Positions 8,591-16,110 of a stretch of DNA of 22,895 bases are shown here, one piece after another (the stretch's first letter is position 1; every line of letters starts with the position of its first letter). A model generated the notes under the pieces. The model worked only from the letters and a program-made list of their open reading frames with translations, did not search any database and was not told where the DNA came from. Both the position numbers and the translations under genes were made by a program. Location: NCBI GenBank assembly GCA_004524535.1, contig SDNY01000053.1, positions 1 through 22,895 on the forward strand, read 5' to 3'. This DNA is from Promethearchaeota archaeon (GTDB lineage Archaea; Asgardarchaeota; Lokiarchaeia; Sigyniarchaeales; SOKP01).

Positions 8591-9211
8591 CTACTGTTTA
8601 ATAGGTGCCCCGCATTCAATACAAAATCTATCCCCGCTTCTGATTATTTTACCGCATTTTTCACAGAATTTTATTCCAGTGTCAGTTGGTTTTTGTTGGA
8701 CTACTGCTTTTGGTTTTATTTCCTTTATTTGGCTTGGCTGTTCCTTCAAGATTAATCCACCAATTACCATAAGAATTCCTCCAATTATACCACAATAGAA
8801 TCCATAACTCGGAATTAATGAAGATGAAATAGTACCTAATCCTTCATTTATCATAACAAATTCTAATAGTGCCATCATAAAAAATGTAGTTCCGATTAAA
8901 AATCCCGTTGCTATGATTCCAAAAACAACGATAAATATTGGATCCTTTTTTCGTGCGGATTTGACGATTGTCATTATTGCTAATGCGATTACAGCCACCA
9001 TACATGCAAATCCAATTAAATTAGGGGAAAAACTATATCCCCTATCCCTACCATCTCCATTTTTTGCAGAAATGTACATTAAGCCAGACAACCAATAATG
9101 AAGTATTATATCATAGTCATGATAGTCAGTTATATTTAAGCTAATTATGGGTAGAAAAACCGATATGATTATTACTATTGCTCCTATTATAGATGGTATT
9201 CTTTTAGGCAT
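8591..9211 (-). CDS. Membrane protein (about 4 TM) with C-terminal zinc ribbon
   Basis: Hydrophobic segments followed by FCEKCG-x7-FCIECG. Confidence 0.75.
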   Translation of the reverse strand: MPKRIPSIIGAIVIIISVFLPIISLNITDYHDYDIILHYWLSGLMYISAKNGDGRDRGYSFSPNLIGFACMVAVIALAIMTIVKSARKKDPIFIVVFGIIATGFLIGTTFFMMALLEFVMINEGLGTISSSLIPSYGFYCGIIGGILMVIGGLILKEQPSQIKEIKPKAVVQQKPTDTGIKFCEKCGKIIRSGDRFCIECGAPIKQ

Positions 9212-9304
9212 GTTATTTTAAAATAGTTTTTTTCTTAAGATATTTTCTATTGAATTGTCTAGAGATAATATAATTAATTTAAACTTTGTTTTTATAGGTT
9301 AATA

Positions 9305-9817
9305 TTATCCTTTTCCAGTAGAACCAAATCCACCTAATCCTCGATCAGAATCAGGAAGCGTATCGGTTTCTACAAATTCATAATCATACATTTTTGAAAG
9401 AATTATTTGACAGATACGCTCACCTTTTTTAAGGGTGACCTCCTTATTTGAGAGGTTAACAACAATTGCCATCCATTCATTTCTATACCCAGTATCGATT
9501 GTACCAGGACTATTGACAATTGAAATTCCCTCCCATAACGCTAAACCACTCCGAGGAGCAACTTTAAAGTAATATCCCTCAGGGATTGCTGTTGCAAATC
9601 CTAAAGGGCATCCAATTCGTTCTAGTGGTTTAAGTGTGTATGAGTCTACATCAAGTTTTATTAAATCCCTTTTTCCATCCTCATTAATTATCTTTTTAAA
9701 CCCCATTATCCTCGCATCGGCACCCGCATCACCGGGTTGTGAAGGTTTGGGAATAATTAATCCTTCTGTTAAAGGTTTAAGGGGAATTAATAGTTTATTC
9801 TTAGTTTGTTGCGGCAT
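9305..9817 (-). CDS. dut: Trimeric dUTP diphosphatase
   Basis: All five motifs are present: AGAD, RSG, GTIDTGYRNE, RICQ and RGLGGFGSTG. Confidence 0.95.
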   Translation of the reverse strand: MPQQTKNKLLIPLKPLTEGLIIPKPSQPGDAGADARIMGFKKIINEDGKRDLIKLDVDSYTLKPLERIGCPLGFATAIPEGYYFKVAPRSGLALWEGISIVNSPGTIDTGYRNEWMAIVVNLSNKEVTLKKGERICQIILSKMYDYEFVETDTLPDSDRGLGGFGSTGKG

Positions 9818-9919
9818 ATTAAATCAAATTTTATTATTTTGGAATATAAAAAAGAATTTTTATTAAGGAATAATTATACTAAATAATTTCAAAAAACGGT
9901 GAAAAGAGGAGTTTAAAAA

Positions 9920-10369
9920 TTGGAATTAAGGCGATATGATCCGAGAAAAGATAAGGAGGCCTTAAGGGCACTTTTTGACGATTTTATGGTAAACAAAACT
10001 TATTTTAACTCTAATTGGAATAAATTCGAAACTGAATTAAATAAGAGAGCCTTGAATCTTGAATATCGAAATTCAATGATACTGGCTGAAGAAGAGGGAA
10101 AAATGGTTGGATGGGGCACATATACTATATTCAGAGATTATCTTGGCAACGATAGAATTGTAATTCATCAAATAATGACCAGAAAGGAAGACTCTTACAA
10201 AAAGGGAATAGAAGAATTAATAATACGAGAACTTATAGGGTATATTGAGTCAACTCATAAAACATCTAAATTTTTTGTGATATGTCCCGATTCTGATGGG
10301 AGTTTACGTAGTTTATTAATAAAATTAGGAATAAAAAAATCCGATTTTATTTGGTATGAAAATCCTTGA
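9920..10369 (+). CDS. GNAT-fold (acetyltransferase-like) protein
   Basis: MELRRY N-terminus, LAEEEGKMVGW strand, degenerate motif A (YKKGIEELII) and 'LIKLG' motif B. SD GAGGAG upstream of the TTG start. Confidence 0.6.
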   Translation: MELRRYDPRKDKEALRALFDDFMVNKTYFNSNWNKFETELNKRALNLEYRNSMILAEEEGKMVGWGTYTIFRDYLGNDRIVIHQIMTRKEDSYKKGIEELIIRELIGYIESTHKTSKFFVICPDSDGSLRSLLIKLGIKKSDFIWYENP

Positions 10370-10401
10370 ATAGCAATTTTGCCCAGAAATAGTGAGATTA
10401 T

Positions 10402-10920
10402 TTGACTAGCACCGAAGATCTTTTAATTAAGGCAAAAAAATTTTTCAACGACAAGAGATATGAAGAATCAATAGAAATATTAAAAAACTTATTCAAAAAA
10501 AATCCTCAATCTGAGGAACTAAAAAAAGAACTCATTAATGTATTGTTTTCATATGGATTTTATCTTAGCGATGAATTTGTAATGGAATTCGAAAAGGCTA
10601 TTAAGTATTTTAACAAAATCCTCGAAATCGATCCTAATAATTACAGAGCTATATACAACATAGGAATCGCTCATTTTAATATGGGTGATATGAATAATGC
10701 TATGAGAGCTTATAACACCGCAATTAAGATTAAACCGGATTATAAGCATTGCTATTATAATATTGGATTAATTTATGAGGTTAAGGAAAATTTCAAAGAA
10801 GCTTTAAAATTCTATAAAAAAGCTTTAGAAATTGATCCAAAATTCATTTATGCCCTTCAAGCAAAGAAATATGTAAAAGAAAAGCTAAACGCTCAAAAAA
10901 GAGAGATTCCAGATTCTTAG
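10402..10920 (+). CDS. Tetratricopeptide repeat protein
   Basis: About 4 TPR units (AIKYFNKILEIDP, YNIGIAH...AIKIKP, YNIGLIY...ALEIDP). Confidence 0.9.
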   Translation: MTSTEDLLIKAKKFFNDKRYEESIEILKNLFKKNPQSEELKKELINVLFSYGFYLSDEFVMEFEKAIKYFNKILEIDPNNYRAIYNIGIAHFNMGDMNNAMRAYNTAIKIKPDYKHCYYNIGLIYEVKENFKEALKFYKKALEIDPKFIYALQAKKYVKEKLNAQKREIPDS

Positions 10921-10935
10921 CAATTAGACAAAGTA

Positions 10936-11043
10936 CTATTTCTTTATAAGTCTATTGTGAATTATACAGCAAATTATAAAAATTATCAATACAATTATCC
11001 CACCAATAATATATCTCCAAAATGTTATCTCTAATTCGCTCAT
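10936..11043 (-). CDS. Putative 35-aa single-pass membrane microprotein (not in ORF track)
   Basis: Manual translation gives MSELEITFWRYIIGGIIVLIIFIICCIIHNRLIKK*. ATG start, AAGGA 8 nt upstream, TTTATAAA beginning ~27 nt upstream, and a positive-inside charge distribution. Confidence 0.6.
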   Translation of the reverse strand: MSELEITFWRYIIGGIIVLIIFIICCIIHNRLIKK

Positions 11044-11157
11044 TTTATAAATCCTTAATTTATTTATAAATATTAAAAACAAAAAAAAAATTAAAAAATA
11101 TAATTTTATGTTTCAGGCATTCAGTTCTCACATGCTTTTTATTTGAATTTGATTAAA

Positions 11158-11364
11158 TTATCTTTCAATTTCAAAATTAACCTGAACTCTGACTCGGTAA
11201 ATCAATTTATCGACATCCTCTTTAACCTTTACATCACTTTCGATTATTTGAATGTTTCGAATTCCACGTAGAGACTTTTTAGCTTCTGCATAACAGTTTT
11301 TTACCGCTTCAGCCCAGTTAACATCAGAAGTTCCAACTAATTGAATACTTTTATATACAGGCAT
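11158..11364 (-). CDS. Dodecin family protein (calcium-dodecin-like)
   Basis: VYKSIQLVGTS..W.EA....A.KSLR.I...YRVRVQVNF; 68 aa; SD AGGTG. Confidence 0.9.
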   Translation of the reverse strand: MPVYKSIQLVGTSDVNWAEAVKNCYAEAKKSLRGIRNIQIIESDVKVKEDVDKLIYRVRVQVNFEIER

Positions 11365-11577
11365 TTTATCTTTACACCTTTTTTTGATTTCACTTTTTAT
11401 TTGATTTTTTGATATCTATAATTTTATTGCTTTAATATATAAATATTTTGCAATTTGGAAAGACTAAAAAGATGAAAAAATTGATTTTAAATTGAGTTAG
11501 ATTATTGTAATATTAAAAAAAAAAAAAATAATGAAATTTTCAATTAAATTCGGAAAAAAAAACTTAGTTTTCCTAAT

Positions 11578-12879
11578 TTAGGCGTCTAAATTCTCTAAAA
11601 TTACAGCTACACCTTGACCTCCGCCACAACAGGCGTTTGCGCAGCCATATTTTGCTTTTTTATCTTTTAAAATTCGAGCTAAAGTTCCTGGAAGACGAAC
11701 CATAGTACTGCCTAATGGGTGTCCAATTGCTGTTGAGCCTCCCATAACATTAACTTTTTCTTCAGGAATATTGAATGCTTCCATGCAATTTAATGTAACA
11801 ACAGTAAATGCCTCATTTATTTCCCAATAATCTATATCATCAGCTTTTAATCCTGCATAGTTTAATGCCATATTTGTCGCTGGCACTGGACCTCTTCCCA
11901 TTACAGATGGATCTACGGCACCCCAGCCAATAGAAACGATTCTTGCCATTGGTTCAAGTCCTCTCTTTTTAGCTTCTTCAGCTTCCATCAATACTGCAGC
12001 CGTAGCTCCAGCATTTAATGGTGAGGAATTTCCCGCAGTTATAACGCCGTCCTTCGTTCCTTCTCTTTCAACATAACCACTTCTACCACCAATATCGTCC
12101 CCTTTAAGATTCTGTTTTAGAAAAAATGGTCTTGATAAACGAGCCAATTTAGCAACACCCTCTAAATTTGATTTTCTTGCTGCCATATCTCTTGTTATCA
12201 TCATTTTTTCTTCGACATTACCTTCAGCATGCCCCTCTATTGGAATAATTTCACCATCAAACCAGCCTTTTTCTTGATTTTCTACAGTTAAATTATGGCT
12301 CCTTACGCCAAATTTATCTAAATCTTCTTTAGTAAAGGTTGGTGTTTCTTGTTCATAAAGTTTTTGGGCTGTCTGAATCATATTAATCGTTGTCATTAGA
12401 TCATATTGTGGTCTATACCACTTATTGTTCTTTTGAATCATTCCTAAATTGGGTCTAACCCAATCATTCTGCATTGGAATTCGCGTCATGTGTTCAACAC
12501 CAGAGGCTAATGTACACTTACTATAGCCAGTCATAATTTCCATAATGCCTACATGCATTCCAGAACCCGCAGAACCACACTGTCTGTCAACGAATAAAGC
12601 GGGTACTTCTACGGGAAAGTCTGCCATAAATATAGGAAGTCTCCCTCCATAAGTCCAACATTCATAGACGCCCATTGCTGACCCAACGGTGACCTCATTA
12701 ATATCGCTCTTTTGAATACCTTTATCAGCTAATTTTTCATCAAAAAATTTCATTAATAATTGTGCCAACAGTTCATCGCCACGTTGATCACCAAATACAT
12801 CTCTTTCTGGTTGTTTAGGTCTAGATCGCGAAAATGCAGTGCGAGCATAATCAATCAGCCATACTTCTTTCATTTCCAT
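11578..12879 (-). CDS. Acetyl-CoA C-acyltransferase (thiolase), paralog 1
   Basis: Catalytic QCGS, NEAF, GHPLG and CCGGGQG motifs, plus TAGNSS. Confidence 0.95.
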   Translation of the reverse strand: MEMKEVWLIDYARTAFSRSRPKQPERDVFGDQRGDELLAQLLMKFFDEKLADKGIQKSDINEVTVGSAMGVYECWTYGGRLPIFMADFPVEVPALFVDRQCGSAGSGMHVGIMEIMTGYSKCTLASGVEHMTRIPMQNDWVRPNLGMIQKNNKWYRPQYDLMTTINMIQTAQKLYEQETPTFTKEDLDKFGVRSHNLTVENQEKGWFDGEIIPIEGHAEGNVEEKMMITRDMAARKSNLEGVAKLARLSRPFFLKQNLKGDDIGGRSGYVEREGTKDGVITAGNSSPLNAGATAAVLMEAEEAKKRGLEPMARIVSIGWGAVDPSVMGRGPVPATNMALNYAGLKADDIDYWEINEAFTVVTLNCMEAFNIPEEKVNVMGGSTAIGHPLGSTMVRLPGTLARILKDKKAKYGCANACCGGGQGVAVILENLDA

Positions 12880-12944
12880 TTTAAATTTACACCTTTTTTC
12901 TTATATGAATTTAAGAATTAAATTAGTTTATTTAAAATTAAAAT

Positions 12945-14288
12945 TTACGCATCGAGATTTTCTAGTACTACAGCTACGCCCTGACCTCCACCACAGCATG
13001 CATTAGCACAACCATATTTAGCGCCCTTATCTTTAATAATTCGTCCTACAGTTCCGATTAAGCGGCACATTGTAGCACCTAAAGGATGCCCTATAGCGGT
13101 AGATCCTCCTTTTACATTAACCTTTTCTTCAGGAATGTTTAATTTATCCATACAGTTTAAAGTAACTATACAGAAAGCTTCATTAATTTCCCAGAAATCA
13201 ATGTCATCAGCAGTTAAGCCTGCATGTTGTAATGCCATTTTAGTAGCAGGAACAGGACCACGACCCATTACAGTAGGATCTACTCCCGCAAATCCAATAG
13301 AAACGATTTTTGCCAATGGATTAATCCCTCTCTTTTTGGCTTCTTCAGCATCCATCAAAACGCATGCTGTAGCACCAGCATTCAGAGGAGAAGCATTACC
13401 CGCAGTTATTACACCATCTTTACTACCAACAAAATCTTGATATCCTTGACGACCAAGATCTTGTCCCTTAGCTGTTTTTTTAATGAAATGAGGTTTAGAA
13501 ACAGGTCTTAAACCTGCAACACCTTCAAGTGTTGATTTTCTAGCTGCCATATCCTTATCAACCATTAATGGTTCATCAGGATTTCCTTCTACGTGCCCTT
13601 CAATTGGAATAATCTCGCCTCCATTGACACCAGAGGTGAACCAACCTTCCTCCTGCGATTTTATTGTTAAATTGTGTGCTCTTACACCAAACTTATCCAT
13701 ATCTTCTTTTGTAAATGTTGGAATTTCTTCTTCAAATAATTTTTGTGCCGTCGACAACATGTCTGTTGCTATAAGTAGGTCATATTCACCTTTTCGTGCA
13801 TATTTAGCGTTATATAATGGTGAAGTTTTACTTGCAGCTGTAAGGTTTGGAAGTATCCATTTGTTTTGAATTCCCATTGGTACTCGCGTAAGGTGTTCCA
13901 TTCCACTAGAAATTGCGATTTTGCTATAACCTGTCGCAATTTCTAAAAATGCTAAATTAAAACCTGCTGCTGCTGACCCACATTGTTTATCTAACGATTG
14001 GCAAGAGGTTCTTACATCAATTCCTGCAAACCAAGTAGGAAATTTCCCTCCATAAGTCCAATGTTCTCCTACGCTAAAAGCGGCTCCAACTGTAAATGTA
14101 TCGATGTCTTTAGATCCAATACCTTTATCTGCTAATCTATTTTCCATCATATCTTTTAATAATAACGAAAGAAGCGAATCTCCTCTTATTTCACCGAAAA
14201 CATCTCTTTCGGGTGCCCCAGGTCGAGAACGTGAAAATGCTGTTCGAGCGTAATCAACCAACCATACATCTCTAAGAACTTTATTCAT
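12945..14288 (-). CDS. Acetyl-CoA C-acyltransferase (thiolase), paralog 2
   Basis: Same motifs (QCGS, NEAF, GHPLG, CCGGGQG). Clearly paralogous to the adjacent gene. Confidence 0.95.
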   Translation of the reverse strand: MNKVLRDVWLVDYARTAFSRSRPGAPERDVFGEIRGDSLLSLLLKDMMENRLADKGIGSKDIDTFTVGAAFSVGEHWTYGGKFPTWFAGIDVRTSCQSLDKQCGSAAAGFNLAFLEIATGYSKIAISSGMEHLTRVPMGIQNKWILPNLTAASKTSPLYNAKYARKGEYDLLIATDMLSTAQKLFEEEIPTFTKEDMDKFGVRAHNLTIKSQEEGWFTSGVNGGEIIPIEGHVEGNPDEPLMVDKDMAARKSTLEGVAGLRPVSKPHFIKKTAKGQDLGRQGYQDFVGSKDGVITAGNASPLNAGATACVLMDAEEAKKRGINPLAKIVSIGFAGVDPTVMGRGPVPATKMALQHAGLTADDIDFWEINEAFCIVTLNCMDKLNIPEEKVNVKGGSTAIGHPLGATMCRLIGTVGRIIKDKGAKYGCANACCGGGQGVAVVLENLDA

Positions 14289-14510
14289 ATTTTGCTATCA
14301 CTTTTTATTTTTTTTTATATGATTTTAATATTTTTAAGAATTAAATTAGGATATTTAAAATTAAAATTAAAGTTTTTGATAAAGCGAAGATCAACGTGGT
14401 TAAGTCGTATGAAATATTGAATAATTATTATAATTGATCTTGAAAATTTTTTTTTAATTTATTAAAATACGATTAGAATTATTTTTATTTATCAGAGTTT
14501 TTGTTTAATT

Positions 14511-14924
14511 ATGCCAAGTAGTAATAGTAAAAAGACTTTAATTTCAATAATTGCGGGTAGTGTTTCAGATAAAGAAGTCTATGAAAAGGCAGAAAAGGTT
14601 TTAAAAGAAAATAATATCTCATACGACTTACAAATCATTTCAGCGCATCGGGATCCCGAAAGATTACAAAATTACTTAGAAAAAAGCGAATCGTTAATAT
14701 ACATTGCCGTAGCTGGAATGTCCGCAGCATTACCGGGCGTAATTGCCTCTAAGACTGATAAACCCGTTATTGGAGTCCCAGTAAATGCAAGCTTAGGAGG
14801 ATTAGACGCTTTATTATCAATTGTTCAAATGCCCCCCAAAGTACCTGTAGGATGTGTGGGGATTGATAGAGGTGATAACGCAGCATATCTCGCAATAAGG
14901 ATTCTTAATTTATTAAAAAAATAA
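14511..14924 (+). CDS. purE: PurE (N5-CAIR mutase / AIR carboxylase)
   Basis: [36 protein letters not shown] and NAA motifs. Confidence 0.93.
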   Translation: MPSSNSKKTLISIIAGSVSDKEVYEKAEKVLKENNISYDLQIISAHRDPERLQNYLEKSESLIYIAVAGMSAALPGVIASKTDKPVIGVPVNASLGGLDALLSIVQMPPKVPVGCVGIDRGDNAAYLAIRILNLLKK

Positions 14925-14941
14925 TGAAATTTTAGATAATT

Positions 14942-15649
14942 ATGACAGAAGATTTAATTGAATTAGGAAAAAAAAAGGCAGCAGAAAAAGCAGTAGAAGA
15001 TAATGTTAGAAAAAATATGATTTTAGGTATTGGTAGCGGTTCTACTGTAGTTTATGCTGTAAAAAAAATAGCTGAATTAAATAAAAAAAATGATTTGAAC
15101 TTAAAGTGTATTCCTTCATCGTTTCAAGCATATCAATTGATATTAGAAAATGGACTTAATTTAACATCTTTTGATCAACACTCTGAAATAGATTTAGATA
15201 TTGATGGAGCTGATGAAGTTGATAAAGATCTTAATCTTATTAAAGGAGGCGGCGGTTGTCATGTCCAAGAAAAGATTATTGCTTCAAATTCTAAGAAATT
15301 AATAATCGTAGCTGATTTTAGAAAAAATTCAGAGAAATTAGGTCAAAATTGGAAAAAAGGAGTACCAATAGAAGTTATCCCTATGTCATATGTTCCTGTT
15401 ATGCAAAAATTAGAAAAATTAGGCGGAAAGCCAAAACTTCGAATGGCTCAATCCAAAATGGGCCCATTAGTATCTGATAATGGTAATTTTATTATCGATA
15501 CAGATTTCGGAATAATTGAAAATCCAATATTGCTAAACGAGAAATTATTAACGATTCCCGGCGTTGTAGATACTGGCCTTTTCATAGGATTGACTTCAAA
15601 AGCGTATATTGGACAAAAAGATGGCAGTGTTTTAATTCTTCAAACCTAA
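14942..15649 (+). CDS. rpiA: Ribose-5-phosphate isomerase A
   Basis: GIGSGST, DGADE, KGGGG, EK and PGVV motifs. Confidence 0.96.
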   Translation: MTEDLIELGKKKAAEKAVEDNVRKNMILGIGSGSTVVYAVKKIAELNKKNDLNLKCIPSSFQAYQLILENGLNLTSFDQHSEIDLDIDGADEVDKDLNLIKGGGGCHVQEKIIASNSKKLIIVADFRKNSEKLGQNWKKGVPIEVIPMSYVPVMQKLEKLGGKPKLRMAQSKMGPLVSDNGNFIIDTDFGIIENPILLNEKLLTIPGVVDTGLFIGLTSKAYIGQKDGSVLILQT

Positions 15650-15708
15650 TTGCTAAAAATCAAATTACGGAAAAAAAGAATCATTTTAGAAAGGAATAAA
15701 ATAAATAG

Positions 15709-15811
15709 TGGAGACGGCGGGAATATCATACTGCTGAGAATCTCACCAGCGATTTGAACCCGCGGCCTTTACCATGCCAAGGTAACGATCTTCCAGCTAA
15801 TCCACGTCCCC
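15709..15811 (-). tRNA. tRNA-Ala(GGC) with 30-nt intron in T-loop (59/60); CCA not encoded
   Basis: Acceptor stem GGGGACG/CGTCTCC with the G3:U70 Ala determinant and A73. D-stem GATT/GATC, anticodon arm TTACC-TT GGC AT-GGTAA, T-stem GCGGG/CCCGC enclosing 37 nt instead of 7. Confidence 0.93.
15723..15752 (-). other. tRNA intron (non-canonical position 59/60)
   Basis: TCGCTGGTGAGATTCTCAGCAGTATGATAT. Removal restores T-loop TTCAAAT and a 73-nt tRNA. A relaxed bulge-helix-bulge forms with bulges AAT and ATT. The exact junction can slide by 1 nt. Confidence 0.8.
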
Positions 15812-15829
15812 GTTTTTTGATATCAAGCG

Positions 15830-15836
15830 TTATAAA
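15830..15836 (-). promoter_or_regulatory. Candidate TATA box of tRNA-Ala
   Basis: TTTATAA 19-25 nt upstream of G1, slightly closer than typical. Confidence 0.35.
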
Positions 15837-15863
15837 CATCTTGAATGCAATGGTTAGATTAAA

Positions 15864-15918
15864 ATTCAAATAATTAATTTTAAATTCTTGAGTCTATAAG
15901 TTATTCAAATAATTAATT
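15864..15918. repeat. 16-bp direct repeat ATTCAAATAATTAATT (15864-15879 and 15903-15918)
   Basis: Exact copies 39 nt apart in the divergent tRNA/MFS intergenic region. Confidence 0.5.
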
Positions 15919-16110
15919 ATTTTCTATCTTATTTGAGGATTGAATAATGAAATACCCAATATTCTATATTCTTGAAGGATCTAGCTCGTTAAAGCTTTTT
16001 TAAGATAATGTTTTATATTTTTTCCTTAATGTATATAGTGTGAAAATTTTTTTAACTGACGAATCTTATTTAATAATAATCTTTCAAATTAAAGTAGAAA
16101 TGTAATCCCA

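Noticed and set aside
10918-11034. Open frame continuing 37 codons past the TAG of the TPR gene (possible amber readthrough)
   Set aside because: The extension is not TPR-like and is better explained as the antisense of the 35-aa membrane ORF. There is no evidence of pyrrolysine machinery in the window.
11115-11136. Small hairpin GCAT-GTGAGAACTGA-ATGC downstream of dodecin resembling a K-turn/C-D box
   Set aside because: The stem is only 4 bp, box C is imperfect and the non-canonical stem cannot form properly. This is insufficient to call an ncRNA or SECIS.
11075-11575. Poly-A/T tracts in the intergenic regions around dodecin as repeats or a CRISPR leader
   Set aside because: These are low-complexity tracts consistent with archaeal oligo-T terminators. 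No repeat-spacer array was seen anywhere in the window.
15650-15811. tRNA as an attachment site for an integrated element
   Set aside because: I found no duplicated tRNA 3' fragment or integrase, and the flanking genes are housekeeping.
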